Of a DNA stretch of 64,000 bases, positions 24,201 to 38,864 are shown one piece after another. The DNA comes from Setoptus koraiensis (taxonomy: Eukaryota; Animalia; Arthropoda), in assembly GCA_048013815.1 (NCBI GenBank), contig CM106585.1, positions 2,728,001-2,792,000 of the forward strand. The letters are read 5' to 3'. Below the pieces are notes generated by a model, which was not told the origin of the DNA, did not search any database, and was given only the letters and a program-made list of their open reading frames with translations. Numbering within the stretch: the first letter of the stretch is position 1; every line of letters starts with the position of its first letter. The position numbers and the translations under genes are program-made.

Positions 24201-27200
24201 GACCCGTCGATTCGACAGTGTGGCGGCTAATGGCGACCGAAGCGGGCCACGCGCTTCGGGCCAAGATTGCATCTAACAGACAACAGTTAATTCGAGTTAA
24301 TTTAAGCGACCGATTTTAAGTTTACCGGCCCATTACGTAACAAATAATCAAATAATGGCCCACTATATGGACTGGCGGCACTATTGGCAGCGCGCTGCTA
24401 TTGGTGCGCTGCCAAGTGCCGTTCGGGCGAGCCGATACACAAATGCCAATGACGCCAGCCGAGCCAATGATGCCAGCCGAGCCAATGATGCCAGCCGAGC
24501 CAGCGGTCCAATGGGGCGCCACCGAGCGCACAGGCAGCGGCTAATGAGTTTTACTGCTGTCACACAATCAGCGATTCTTTTTTTCCTTTTTAATTCTCAA
24601 GATAAGATTGAATTAATTGGAAAAACTGGCTGCCGCACTGTCTGTCGGCGTGCCGCTCTCTCTCTCTCTCTCTCTCTCTCTGTCGGATTTGCTCGAATGG
24701 GGCGCCCCAAATGAACTCGAGCCGAACGCTATTAGCAGCCTAGATAGGTTATATAAACATGCAACAAACACCGAGAAGCTGCAAGGTATAAACAGAGAGA
24801 TAAACACGCAGCGAGCCTCAATCAATTTAAAAAGCCGCTGCCCCACAGGAATGCTGCGCACATGCCCGTGCGTACCCAACCGCCGTTTATACCCAAACTG
24901 GCTACTTGCTGCGAATCGGCGGCCTGGGTATCGGTGCGAATCGGCGGCCGCTAGCCGGTGCCGGGTATTGCCCTGGTAGCTGCTAGCGCAATACCCCGGC
25001 CGCGGCTGCTAGGTTGTGCCGATGCGAAGATTGAATTGTGCCACGTACACGTAACACGTGCTGTCTCTTGTGGGCACTCGACGGTGGGCAGGCGAGCTGA
25101 GGCGAGTTGGGGCGAGTTGAGGCGAGTTGTTGGCGGCACCGGGCCCCAAAATCCCCATTTAAAGTGAGTGCCGAGCGAAGTGGCGCAGAAGGTAGGGAAA
25201 CAAACAGAGAAAATGGCTGATTTGGCTAGTCACTTTCAGGTGATGATGCAGCCGGCGCCGTGATTTGAATACGTGACGTCGCTCATTCGCTGGCACTTAC
25301 TCTTTGCCGGCCGCGCTCTCATTCTCTGCAAAGTCTGGCCCGTTCCCAAGTCGCTTTTTGTTAAATTGAACAACAACAACAACGACGACGACGACTGGTG
25401 ATGGGCACATCCCTTTGTTTGTGCGAGCGCCTAGCGAATTGCACGACTTGTCACCGGCAGGCTGGGTGTGGCGGCTCGGCGGCTCGCGGCCTCGTGCCGC
25501 CGAGATACCGGAGTGCCGAGCCGGCAGCGCGGCCCGCCGCGGCGCGCTGCCGCGCGATACCGAAGCGATGCCGCGCGATGCCGGAGCGCGGAGAGCGGGC
25601 CCTCAAAGGGGCGAAATTACGCGAGGGCACCTCTTATTTACTTAAATTATACGCAAGCCGGAGTTGTAAGTAAGTTAATTAATGGACTGTGACTCCCTAT
25701 TATGTGACTGCACCGCGCCGCGCCGATGCCCGCCGCGGCGGGCCGACCCGTCGAGGTACCCAGGTGACAGTGAGTGGGCCAATTGCGATCGGCGAGCCTG
25801 GCAGCGCGATTGAAATGCGCGACTTGCATAACAAAAGTGCGCGTTTGCGTCATCATGTGCGTATGCAAATCAAGCTTGGCGCCGCTGTTGTTGTTGTTGT
25901 TATTATGTTAGGCACTTTCCGTCTATTATATTTATTTAACAGTCTGTCGTCTGTTGTGTAAGGTTATTATTATATAACGTTATACAACTGGCGTGTGTTG
26001 TGTTCAGTGCAGTGCAAGTATAACTTGTGCATTGTGTTGTTGCGTAACGTTGCCGTGTTTGCGCAAAATGGGGGCCCCGTGGAAACGCGCTGCAAAGTTA
26101 AAGTTTAATCTAATTGTAAATGACAAATCAAACGTTGATGTATTGCGTAAGATTTCTCACGTCTGCTGTCGCTGTGTCATAGGTGAATCGATCTGACGGC
26201 GTTAGATGCAGAGATTTGCATTGTGTGCATGCGATGACGAGACTTCATTCAGTTAAACTTCATTCAGTTAAAAGTGAGCTCTTTTGAGTCACTCGAACGG
26301 CACGCCAGCAGTGATTTAAATATATACACTCACAGTCAGTCAGCCAGTCAGTCGGCTAGACAGAGGCAGCGCTTAGTGGGGCGCGCTCACTCGAATAAGA
26401 TTGACAAGATGAAATATTGTTGCACGGTATATCACGTGGCACACGCGCGCGCACATTGTTGTACTAGTGTGACAACAATGTGTGCGTGTGCGTGTAAACA
26501 ATGGATCCCCCGGCAACTAGGTGAACGAGAAAAATAATTTAAACAATTGACACGGATTGCGGGGGCCAGGTCTGCACAGAATCGGGTGCACAGAATTTGT
26601 GTGGCAGAAAGGGGCGCACAAATGCGGTGGCATCACATTGGCGAGCCCACTAATCTGAAGAAGAAGAAGCAGCGAGAAGCGAGTCGCCTATTTGGGGCCC
26701 CGTTGCTCAAATCGAAAACGCGCGCAGTCAGACAGTCGCCAGTCTGAACACAATTGTCCGCATGAAAAATACAATTGAAAAGATTGATATGCCGCCGCCG
26801 CACAACAACGTCGCTGTGACGCAACGAGGAGCAGTGGCGCCCCTCGCGAGCACTTGTCCGAGTAACTGGCACACACTGACTCTTGGCTCCGTCGGTTGTT
26901 GCGATCGGTTGTTTTGGCGGCGCGCAAAACAAGTGCCGTATGTCAGTGGCCAGTAACAGGCCCCAACAACCGGCCGACAACCGGCCAACAACCGGCCGGG
27001 CACCTCAAAAGTGACCTGGCCGCCGACAGGAAATGGGTCAATCATCTAGCGACAGGTTGTCGCTGCTGATGATTGATGGGCCGGCAGGAGTGGCGCAATA
27101 TTGCCAATATATATGGCATGATAATATATTTTTTATTTCGGCCCACGATGACACTTGTCTGGCGCCGCTGTCCGGTGAACTTGCGTGCACAAGCGGCGCA

Positions 27201-27297
27201 CGTCGGGTCGCCACTGCGTCGGGCCGCAGTCGCGCCGCTTGGGGCGCCGCTCGGTCGCTGAAAGGGGCCCGTGCCCGCGAAAGCCATGCCAGTGTTC

Positions 27298-27370
27298 AGA
27301 AAGTCAGCGCTCAGAGGGTCAGCGTTTAGAAAGTCAGCGCTCAGAGGGCCAGCGTTTAGAAAGTCAGCGC
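27298..27370. repeat. 30-bp tandem repeat x2.4 (AGAAAGTCAGCGCTCAGAGGGTCAGCGTTT)
   Basis: Period of 30 visible directly. Confidence 0.9.
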
Positions 27371-29070
27371 CGGCAGAGTCAGAGCGGGACCGCATTTCAC
27401 TTTAATAATTTCAAAATGCGTTTTGCTTGACCGGCCAAGAATTGTTGTGGCGCGCGACGCGCGCGAGATTAATGTCGCCCTGAACCAATATTGCGCCGTG
27501 CCGCAACCGTCCGCCAGCCGGCCAGGTTAATGCGCCGCCGGGACCCGTGCAGTGGCGCGGGCCCGATAAGCGATGTGGCCCCGGCGAGCGTCATAAGTAT
27601 GTAATAGCCAGCGGTGCGAGGGCGCCGTTTTAAAACTGGCGCACAGCGAGCAATAAATTGTTCATTATTGTCCGGCGATACAGGCCGTTATTAAGCTCAC
27701 TTGGCTGCTAAACGCTGCCTCAAATGGCCCCGTTTTACCTCTCTTTTCGGTGCACTGTCCGCCCGGCCCGCATTGCTGCGGCTCGGTCGGGCCGCGGTGC
27801 CGACTGGCGGCGATCGTCGCGCCCGTTGCAAATAGCGATCTAATTTAATTAAACTTTTCTTTTTCCTGTGTCGCGCCGGCACAAAGCGACGCTGGCGCGT
27901 CCGTCCAAGGGCCGCACCGCGCCACTGTAAGTCGCCAAATATACATGCCACTCGGTATGCGCAAAGGTATTGTGGAGAGGTATTTGTTGAAATGCTGGCC
28001 CGCTGAGTGAATGGCGGCGCAAACTGAATTTGGCGAATCGGGTAACTCGAGCCGCGAGTGATCAATAAAGTATGAACTTGGCCGCGCTGGCCGCACGCGG
28101 ATGCGCCACGAGTGGGGCGACTTACAATTTTCTCGGGGCCAAAAGAAGCAAAAGTAGATCATCATCATCATCATCATCAACTGGCGCTCGCTCAAGCATA
28201 AACTGCTATCCTGAACAAAACAATTCTTGCTCGCTGCTCCGCGACTTGGGCCCCTCGTCTGCGCCGCCAGTCGCCGCTCGTCGCTGCTGGTCGGCGCTGG
28301 CCCGTGGCTGGGCCCGCGGTCGGCCAAGTGGCAGCCAGCGCACAGTCCGAGGGGCCCGGCGACCCGCGACCGGGCAGCGGCACACGCAGAACAAGAGGCA
28401 ACAACAACTGACAATTGTGAGCGCAACACTTGCGCCGCTCCCGGTGAGAGGCCGGCCTCATCGATTGTGGTTAGACTGTCATCAGTGGCGCGTTGCGGGC
28501 GGTCCCACTCGACATACCCGACCGCCGCCGTTGTTGCGGGTCGCTTGTGGGTACGCGCGACCTGTGCCCGATTTGCGCACATTAGAACAGCTTCGCATCG
28601 CAAACAATGCGCACATTAGTCAACAGTGGCACCCACTAATAATATTAGTCTTACTGGCCCATCAAACCGGCAAGGTGATTTGTTGCCGCTGTCTGGTTGT
28701 CGCCGCTGTCTGGTTGTTGCTCGCTTGTTGTTGCTCTCAATTGACAGTTGACTCGCTCGATTGTCACTTGTCTCGGCAGCGGCCTCACGCGTCTCGCCGG
28801 ATATCTGGCGATATATGTTGTCTCGAGACTCGAACTGGTAACTGACGCGGTCGCAACTGTTGTTAACCTGTTCGAAAAGGCACCGCGGGCCTCGTTGACA
28901 CTTTTTCGTGCTCGCTCGCTCGTCTGCGCGCTCGTCGGTCTGGCTCGTCGTGATTTGGATGATTGATCAACAATCGTGATGCAACACAACGGAGCGAGCC
29001 TCTTTGTTTGTTTGCTTGTTTGTTTGTTTTTTCCACACGCACAGCAGCAACAACAGCTAATGGGCCTGCC

Positions 29071-29143
29071 AGTTGTGCCGTTGTTGTTTGTAGTTGTGCC
29101 GTTGTTGTTTGTAGTTGTGCCGTTGTTGTTTGTAGTTGTGCCG
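29071..29143. repeat. 21-bp tandem repeat x3.5 (AGTTGTGCCGTTGTTGTTTGT)
   Basis: Units start at 29071, 29092, 29113 and 29134. Confidence 0.9.
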
Positions 29144-29270
29144 CTGCTGTTGCTGCTGTGCCGTTGTTGTCGCTGTGCGCTTGCGGCAACTCACCAGCTC
29201 GCAACTGACCAATGATCGATGGTCAGTTGCGAGTTCGATGAGCAGCGCCCAACTGGCAACACCAACACCG

Positions 29271-29302
<32 letters not shown>

Positions 29303-30747
29303 AGCAGCTGATACTTACAACACACAAATGGAACAATCGCATTGAACAATTAATCACTGGCCACTTTTTGTGTTGTTGTTGTTGTTGTTTTGTCCGATGG
29401 TGAGTTGGTGCGCAAGCCAACAAACAACAACAACAACAACTAACTGGCTCGCATTCAATTAGCATACTCATATCATTTAGGTGTGTGTGCGTGTGACAGT
29501 CGCGCAAACGATGATGATGATTCACTTGGTTGTTGCGCAATAATCGCTGCTTCAGTATTACGCAACTATTACGCAAGTATTACGCAACAACCAAATGCTT
29601 TTGCAACGCACACACACACACACACACACAATTGCCATGAACTAGGCGCACCTACACGCACGCATATACAAAGCACTATATAAAAGTAATAGTTACGTAA
29701 TATATATGTAATGGGCGATCTATGGTCTATATGTGAGCGAGACTAGGCTGACGCGAGGTCCAATAAGAAAGTCGCCAGTGTGTAGACTGTGTGTGTGTGT
29801 AGTTGACTGCGACGACGCCGACTTTGGGAGAGTTTTTTCACTGCCGACAACAACAAGTTTAGCGCCCATTGAGCGACTAGCGGCCCTTACTTTAACTTTA
29901 TTTAGTCCAACCTTAGCCGGGCCGGCTGCGGGATGGCCTGGCGAAGCGACACCTAGTGCCAGTTTCATCTCAAGTGGCCGGCGGTGCCGATCATCTCCAA
30001 TGACCGGAAGTGCGAGCCAAACGCTGCTGGCTGTGTGTGTGTGTGTGTGTGCTGCGAATGTGCTCAATGTGCCGGTTCTATTTGATAGTGCGACATTAAT
30101 AGAATAGATTTGGCTGGGCCACTGTGCGCGCTGTGTGTGCGCGATCATTATTGAACCCGTGTGCATTATCATGAGCTGACGACCACTGATGATGATGCAA
30201 TATTTGATGATATGACCCAATGACGCAATCGCAATTTATCAGCGCTGCTGACTTTGCACTGGCGCTGACTGTGCGCAACGTGCCACGTAGCACGTGGTCA
30301 GTAAGTCAGTTGGTCAGTTGGAATATTCGTACAACTGTGTCTGTGAGTGCGTGTGACAAACGACAACAGCAACAACAACAACAACAACAACACGTGCACT
30401 TTTGAATTGGATTACATTTGAATTGGATCATCTCATCAACAATGAAACACGCTGGAATTCGTGTGTGTGTGTGTGTGTGATGGCGGGGCCCGCGAGCGAC
30501 AAAATTTCTCGCTTGTCGCTGTCGGGCAAAAGTCAATCTTTGCGCCGCACGGGATCTCTCAACAAGCAAACGGCGGAGAACTTTTGTCAAGTAGGCCCAA
30601 CACAAAACTGCCACGTGCTGCCGCTGCGCCAACCGCGTCGCTGTGCCCTCGCCGGCTGCAACTGTGCCGTTTTATCCCTGCTGCTTTCGCTCGCTGTTGG
30701 CCGCTCACGTATTGAGAATGGCGGCTCGTGCCGGCCAGTCGCTCGGA

Positions 30748-30783
<36 letters not shown>

Positions 30784-31796
30784 CGGTGCGGCCACCTTTG
30801 TGGGGCCAACTTTTGTCTGTGGCGCTGCCACGAGCTCTGATTGAGCGCCACGCAACGGCTAATGAATAATAATAATCAAAATACGGCGCAAACCGGAACC
30901 AGTTGGATGAATTGCGCTCACTCGCTAATGTGTAATATGTATATGGAGCAATCAAAACAATGGTCATTGCGCGCACTGCGTAATTCATTCAGCGACGTCG
31001 ACACACACAATCAAAGGGGGCGCTTTATCACTTTGGGCCCTATGCGTGCCCTCGACATTGGACAGTGGGACGCGCGCTGCTCGTTGCGCGCCGGTCACGG
31101 CAACCTGAGAGAAGGGGGCCCCTGTCCGCTCGCTGTGCCGCAAATCAAGCGCGCGCGCGCTGTGCAAACTGAGCGTTCGTTGAGACGGCGCTGCAATCGG
31201 AAGTGGCCGTTACTCTCTGCTAGCCTCGTCTATTTATCTCTGTGTCGCTCGTTTGCGCAGCCCGGCGACCGGCAAACTGTCGTAACTGTTGTAACTGTCG
31301 CTGCTGTCGCTGCTGCTGTCGATGTTATGGCAGCGCGAGCGCATAGCGACATTTGCGAGTTTGCGAGTTTGCGAGTTTGCGAGTTTGCGAGTTTGCCAGT
31401 TTGCTAGTTTGCGACTCGACGACAAGCGTGACGGGTGTGCATGACCAAATCAATGTGATTTATTGACAGACAGTCAGTGTGTAACAGTTATGGAAATTTG
31501 CCATTTCTCTCGAGAGCGGCCCCTCTTGGCGATTCTCAGCTATTGGCGCTGGCCGTCGGGGGCCCATTGTGGGCCCAGTTGAGTTGTCAGCCCGATCGCT
31601 GGCCAGTCGTTACATATCGGTCTATCAGTTAACTATTGACATTGATTCCATTAAGACGCGCGCGGGCCACAATATCTGTGTCACTGTGTCACATGTTGTT
31701 TGTGCCGCTAGTTACTGAAAAGCAAATAATCATAATCATTATGATTATCGTTATCATTATGCAATAACATTGTTGCAGCGCTTCTGTCACTGCGAT

Positions 31797-31860
31797 GTTG
31801 TTGTCGTTGTCTTCGTTGTCGTTGTTGTTGTTGTCGCTGTTGTTGTTGTCGTCGTTGTCG

Positions 31861-31936
<76 letters not shown>

Positions 31937-31948
31937 CGTCGTTGTTGT
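31797..31948. repeat. Long (TTG)n/(TCG) trinucleotide tract
   Basis: Pure TTG at 31861-31935 (~25 units) inside a 150-bp degenerate tract. Confidence 0.97.
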
Positions 31949-32825
31949 TTCCAATGTTGTCGGCGATGTCGTTGGCTAGCCGGTGGTCGCGATCTCGCTC
32001 GCGATTACGCCACCAACCAGTACGCCCCCTGCCGGCTGGCCACGTTGTATGCGGCGCATAGTTTGCGCCGCACGGGATCGCCCACACACTGGTGGCCCCC
32101 CCCTCACACAAATGCTGGCCAGTGCTGATAGAGCTAAAAAGCGGCCCGCGACAAGCAACGTAATTGCTACAAACTACAGACATGGACAACTCATCACTCA
32201 TCTGCACTCTCTTATCAATCGGTCGCATCAAGCCGGGCGCGCACCCGCGCCGCGTACCGGCGCCATCCGCGCCCGGGTCCATTGATGCGGCCAAGCACGG
32301 GTCCACTGATGCGGCACTCGGCTGTGTTTGGGCACAAGTGACGCGAGGCCCGCGAGTACCGTTGCCCATCGTATCGTTGCCCGGGGTGTGTCCGTGCGGC
32401 GACAGCGGTCAAGAAAGTTACTGCCGTATATTTGTGTGTGTGTCACATACACACACATACAGTATCATACTGTCAGTATGTGTGTGCCCGTATGCGGGGG
32501 GGGGGCGAGGGGGCCTCAGTGGCGCAGTTGCTTTAGCTTTTAGTGATTACATAACATTTTTCCAGTGGCCTGATTGCGGTGCTTGTGCCATGCTGCTGGC
32601 ACGACGACAACAACAACTAAAGCAATATTTATGTGCGTCTTGACCACTACTCGTCGCTGCTTGCGCAACCGGCGGCCAGCGAGCCAGCTAACGGTTGTTG
32701 CGCAACTCATCAGCGAGTGACCAATGGGCGCCAACAAGCTGCAGTGGCCATAATAACAATCATTATAATGGCCATTTGAGTTTGTCTTGTCCGCTGTGCG
32801 CTGTGCACTGTTACCGTTGCACACA

Positions 32826-32903
32826 CACTGGTCAGTGGCTTGTGTCGCCGTGAGTCGCACTGGTCAGTGGCTTGCGTCGCCGTGAGTCGCACTGGTCAGT
32901 GGT
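32826..32903. repeat. 32-bp tandem repeat x2.4 (CACTGGTCAGTGGCTTGTGTCGCCGTGAGTCG)
   Basis: CACTGGTCAGTGG recurs at 32826, 32858 and 32890. Confidence 0.9.
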
Positions 32904-35900
32904 TTGGGCCGCCGCCGCCGCGAACAACAAAGTAGAGCAGTAAATTGATGATCGTCAAATGAGCAACATTGACAAACATCATCCAGCGTGCAATGTGCGC
33001 GCGTCAACTAATAGTATCTAGAGTGGCCAGAGCAAAATGATAATCAGATGCTATCTATCCATCTATTTCCAGTGCTCGCGGCCAACGAGCGGGCAAGCGG
33101 AGCATTTGAGAGCAACGAGCGAGCGAGCGAGCGGCATAAAAGACACAGTTGCATTCATTGCGTCAAAGGCAAGATTGAATGCGCGTTACGTAACGGGCAG
33201 CCGGGCAGCGGCCGGAGAGCGGGCAGCGGTCAGTGAGCGAGCGCAATGAATGACCCATTGCTGACCCGCTGCCGCTCGTTCCATTATAACTATCGCTATT
33301 ATTGAACAATAATCATCATAAATCCCGTCGATATCGATTGGCCGCAGCGTTGGCCGTTGCTCGTGGCGCGCACTCGCCACGCACTCGCCACAAACAGTCG
33401 ATTTCGGCCAGCTTGCCCAGCCAACGAACCAACGAACCGCCGAACCACCGAACGCCAGCTCGAATGGGGGCCCCCCATTTGGCCGTTGCGCCATTTCGCA
33501 AATATTGCAGCTTGCACAGGCCAAACACGTAGCCAGCGCGTAACAACAATTAAAGGGGCCCTTGTGCCGTGTTATAGGTCACTTTGGATTTGGCGAGCGC
33601 ACCTAGGTACACCTAGACGCACCTATAAGGGTCACCTATACGGCGCCCTGTGCGCGCCCCGTTGTGGCCCCATGCGCACACCGGTGCGCCACCGTTGCGC
33701 CATCGTTGCGTCACCGTTGCGCCTCACCTCGTACGTGCGTATTGCTAGTATTACGGCATTACTGGAGTCGCTATAACCCAGGTGCCTCGCGCACCTGTCC
33801 GACTCGTGGGCGAGCTGCTGCCGCTGCTCGCCCACGACCAGCTGCCACATACAACAACGCAACGACAAAGGCTGACCGGAAGTAGGCACAGGTCGGGCCG
33901 GCGTTCATCACGCCGAGACGGTATAACGTGGCTTCGGCTCGTTTGGGCTCATATTCAGCGCGCTCGTTCTGTGGCCAGATCATCGGCTGGCGAGACGCGG
34001 ATGGGCGCGCGAGCAGGCAAATTCACCAAATGACCCAGATGAGGCTCGTATTATGAGCGAAATTATCATTGTGATGCGGCGACATTGATCGTCCGCTTGC
34101 AACAATGCCAACGTGTGACCTCGATCGCACATCGGCATCAAGGTGGCCGCGTCGTGCGCGCCTCTTTGCGCCACTGGCTGACGCGCGTCGGGGCCCCGGC
34201 AACGCACCAACCGCCGACTGGGAAGCTGCGCGAAAGAGAGATCTAATTGTCGAATTATCGGCTCAATTCCGCCTCGCTGGACATTGGCTCCGATGGCATT
34301 ATTTGTTGTTTGGGCTGCTCGGGCTGGCTTGCACAACTATTCACAGTTGCCATCTATTTATGTGTGCGACTTTTGTCGCGCCTCGGTGCCCCATATATAT
34401 ATTTGTGCGTCCCATCATTTTGTATCATTTTGGCGCCTTGATGATTTGCAATCCTGTCGCCGTTGCCGCTGGCGTGTTGTTGGTGGCGCTGTTGTTGGTG
34501 GCGCTGTTGTTGCTGGTGAGAGGGCGGTTTGTGGCCGCCGCTATCATATCATGCGTTATTATCGTGGCGCGCTGAGCGTGGCACGGACAAAAAGAAGGCG
34601 CACGTTCGTTCTTTATCCGCCGCGAATCGGCCCGCAAGCCGCGCTTATCCTCAAGAAACAAATCTATTCCGTGTCGCGGCCATTCATCGCGCGGCCACAG
34701 TGGCCGCGCGGACGAGCGGACGGACGAGCGAACGGACGAGCGGACGAACGGGCGAGCGGACAGAGGGGCAAGAATTAAACTGGCCCCACAAGTAGAGAGC
34801 TCATTGTTGTTACGCATGCATTTGTTACGCAAGCGTTACGTAACGGTCAGCGAGTTTTTTCACGCATTTACTTTTGTGCCGCGGCTGTGCTGCACATTGT
34901 GCAGCAGCCAGCAAGCCGCTGACCAGTCCATATATCTATCTGTCTATCTATGCGCACTGTGCGCGCGCCCCATAACACATAGACAGTGCAGATATACAGT
35001 GATTGGCGAACGGTAAGCGTGCGCGAGGTGATGGATCAACTGTGCACTGTCATCACTAGTTATCTTCTCCTAATGTATTTATCATAATGTCTAACTCTCA
35101 ATATATATCTTGTATTTTCCATCTCTATTATGTAACGCGCGCATCTATTATGTAACGCACATTAGTGAGCGCAACCAGGTCCGTATTCACCGCTGAAGTG
35201 TGTGCTGTGCGCTGTGCGGGCACCAATTGGGGACCCTTATTATATCGCATATTATATTATATCATCATATTATATATATATATATATATATATACTGTAT
35301 ATTATACATGACCTATTGGAGCCGTAAGTAGAAGCGCCCTCGCGCGGCCATTTCTCGCACCAGTGCCATTGTTATTTTGGGGTTATTTTATTATTTCGTT
35401 TGCTGCTCGCACAGTCTGGCCGCTGTGCTGCGCAGACTGTGTCGTATGTCGTGCCGAGACGAGACCAACAGAAACGAAACGAAACGAAGGCAACGAGCCA
35501 GAGCAAAGTGCAAAGGACAAGCAATGATGAATAACAATAGTGACCGTTAAATAGAGATTTGAAACGACGACAGGGGCCCAGATTTGAAAACACGTGGACT
35601 GTCCGCCGCGGACACACACCTAATGTGATATTGGCTGGTGCGCGCGTGCTTGTGTGTCACCTAAATGTCGTAAACGCCAACCGATGACCAACTAACTGTC
35701 GACACTTTGAGTGACCATTTATGCAAATGCTCTGCGTTGCACGCATCAGTGATTGCGTTGTCGCTGGCCGGCGTTCGCGTTACGTTTTACCGTTACTCTG
35801 TCCGTGGCGCTGGTTTGTTTGTGTTTGTTGGCGTGTTTGCGTCCGCCGCGTCTGCCGCGTCGGCCGTGCTGCCGTCGCTGCTGCAATCACGGCTAATGGT

Positions 35901-37153
35901 CACTGTCAGTTTGCGTTACGCAACGCCGACCAAACGGTAGCCGAACGGTAGCCGAACGGTGGCGCAACGGTGGCGCAACGGCGGCGCAACGGTGACGAAA
36001 CGGCAGAGGTGGGCATTGTCTGAGTTGGTTCGTTTGACTTTGCTGTCATTTGTTGGCGTGTCCATTTAACTAACCTATGTGCAGCATTGTGCGTTGTGTC
36101 GTGTTGTGGCAAATCCTTTGTGCCCCCCATTCCCGTTACAAACAAACAAACAAACGACGAATTAACGAACAAACAAGCGCACCAGACAAACACGCGCACA
36201 CGCACAAACAAGCTTTCACCTGATTAATGTCGTTGCGCAATATGGCATCGGAGGGGGGGAGGGGGCGAGTTCATCTCAAGAGATCCGCTCATTAGCCGTG
36301 GCTGCGCCCGTGGCCAGTGAGCCGACAAGCCCGCAGAATGGCGCAATCAGCGTCACACTGACAATTGTGAGAGGAATCGAGCGCGTCCAGCGAACAGAAA
36401 CGACCGAATTTCCATTCTCGATCTCGATCCTTTCGAATCGTTCGAACGGTTCGAAAGAATCGAGCGAATCAAGGGGGCGACACATCGAGCGAATCAAGGG
36501 GGCGACACATTCGAGCGAATCAAAGGGGCGACAGAAGCGAAAATAGGCGCGTACCGTTAACTAGTTTGAGTTTGAGTTTGAGCTGTTGCGCAAGCCAACA
36601 ATGTCCGCTAAAACACTGGCCCATAAACAGTTAAAAGTGAGCCAGTCAGTTAAGCAGCAGTTATTTATGCTTCTTCATACAGCAGTTATTTATTGTTATT
36701 TACGTGGCCCCGCTATCAACGCGCATCTCGTTCTTTTGGGGCCCGGCTTTTTGGGGCCCGGCTTTTGGGGGGCCGGCTGTTTGGGCAGTGCAGTGGTTCG
36801 AATGGGCCGCGGTGCCATTCGCGCAAGCCTCACATCGAACAACTTTGATTGCGACTTATCGATCTCCATGTGATTTATTTGCCAACAGATATAAATCAAA
36901 GCGAGATTATATTCACATAATTTATCTGGCTCTCTAATGGAGTCGGCCATACATTGAGTATACTTGAGTATGATACTTGTTCTGTTCGCCGCTCGTGTGT
37001 GTCTTGTTTCAGCTTCGATGGAGGCGCCACCAGCTTGCCGAGCGGCCACAGCACAGCCAGAGAAGCCAAACAAAAGTGATCTGTATCAATCACTTGTTAA
37101 TAGATGTTTATTCATTTTGTAAGTGTGCTCCCTACAATGCCAATTAGACCCTG

Positions 37154-37260
37154 TTCTTTGCGTTCTTTACGTTCTTTGCGTTCTTTGCGTTCTTTGCCTT
37201 CTTTGCCTTCTTTGCCTTCTTTGCCTTCTTTGCGTTCTTTGCGTTCTTTACGTTCTTCGC
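37154..37260. repeat. 9-bp tandem repeat x~12 (TTCTTTGCG/TTCTTTGCC)
   Basis: Read directly. It produces spurious SLR/SLP and KNA/KKA ORFs. Confidence 0.95.
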
Positions 37261-38833
37261 CCCGTTCGCCTTCTTCGCTTCGTCCTCCTCGCCTCGCCCT
37301 CCTCGCCTTGCCCTCCTCACTTTGGCCCCTTTATGCGCCATGTCGAGCCTCGTGCCTCGGCCGGCATCGCGAAACAAGCCCCAGATTAGCGCTGGCTCAA
37401 CAACTGGCGACTCACTTCTGGCCACAGCGCGAATCCTTTCGGCGTTTCGACTCGTCGCTTCGGCTCGTCGCTCGTCCATCGGCCCCACTGACAAGTGCAC
37501 TGTGCATGTGCGCAGTGTTCCCGGTCGCGCACACAAAGGTCCAGTGGGGCCCCTCGCTTGCTGTGCCGAATAGACCGAACAGACGCTGGCACTGGCAAAT
37601 GAACGCACACACTGACTCAATAAACAGTTACAGTCGGACATCATCATGGTTACGTAATAAATTATTATTGTTCTGGCGCTATCTGTCACAGTTGTTTCTA
37701 TTGGCCGTTATTGGCCAGCTTTGCCAGCGTTGCGTTGTGTAGCTCTCGCTGGCAGCACAACAACAGACCCAATTGTTTCAACTTTTAATTCTTGGCACAC
37801 ACACACGCACACGCACACGCACACAATAGAGTAATCAACAATATCATTGTGTGCAACGATCAATTGTATCATGTTGCGCAACCCGTAGCGACAATTGTGT
37901 TTTTGTCGTACGTTTGCACACACAACAACAGCGAGCTTGCCAGCTTGCCAGTCGGCCAGCCAGCCAGCGACACGTTGCCGTGAACGTGAGAGCCGCTGTT
38001 GAAAATTATAGCTATTACAGTGTACGTTGCATAACGTCGCTGCGACAAGATAACGCCGGCCCGCTTTTTGGGCCGATATTTTCGCTAGCAGCGCCTCAAA
38101 AGAGCCCCAGAAGCGCCCAGAAAGGGGGGCCAGAGAGCGCCATTTTCAAGTCTGCGCATTCAGCACATACCAATTGAATGAATCATGAGAGTGACTTTAA
38201 ACCCAGAGTCACCCATTATTAGAGAGGCGTGTCAAGCGCAGCGCAATATCACGGCCCCAACAAATATCCAGCAAAAGAGACGGATATTTGGTGGCGCTTT
38301 GGGGCCCACGGTTTGAGGTTGGCCCGCGACGCACACGAGCACAGGTCGGCCTAACAACTCAAACAACTGGCTGGCGCCACTGCAATATTGTGTGTGCGTG
38401 TGTGTGTGTCGGAGACAGGATGGCATTTTTTGTCCATTTGAAATCATTTTTCTTTAGTTTAAAATTAATGATTCGATGTGGGCAAAAAAGGGGGGCCGAG
38501 CAGAGGCTGCGCTAAATAGCCCGACTGCGAGACGTCGTTGGGGCCGAGCGCAGATTGGGCCCCAACGAGCAACGCGTGCGAGTGGCTGGCGCAGCACGAG
38601 CAACTGCACACAAAGACTTTACACGTGGTTTGATTGCGCCAGCGAGCCAGCGACAAAGGTTAGGCACAATGATATTGTGTGACAGACGGACAGATTAAAG
38701 GGTTGAGTCGAAGCGGCCAGGGGCAGCGACAACGAGAGAGAGAGAGAGAGATAAGAATATTAATTATGTAATCTGGCGTCGACGTGTCACCATATGATGT
38801 GATATTTGTTGTTGTTTGTTACGTAAGCAGTCG

Positions 38834-38864
<31 letters not shown>

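Noticed and set aside
29486-29499. 14-nt match to mature miR-210 (TGTGCGTGTGACAG)
   Set aside because: It lies in a TG repeat, both ends mismatch the recalled miR-210 sequence, and no precursor hairpin is evident.
31689-32369. 226-aa minus-strand ORF with a long poly-Asn tract
   Set aside because: The openness is explained by the (TTG)n tract. The flanks have no recognisable motif.
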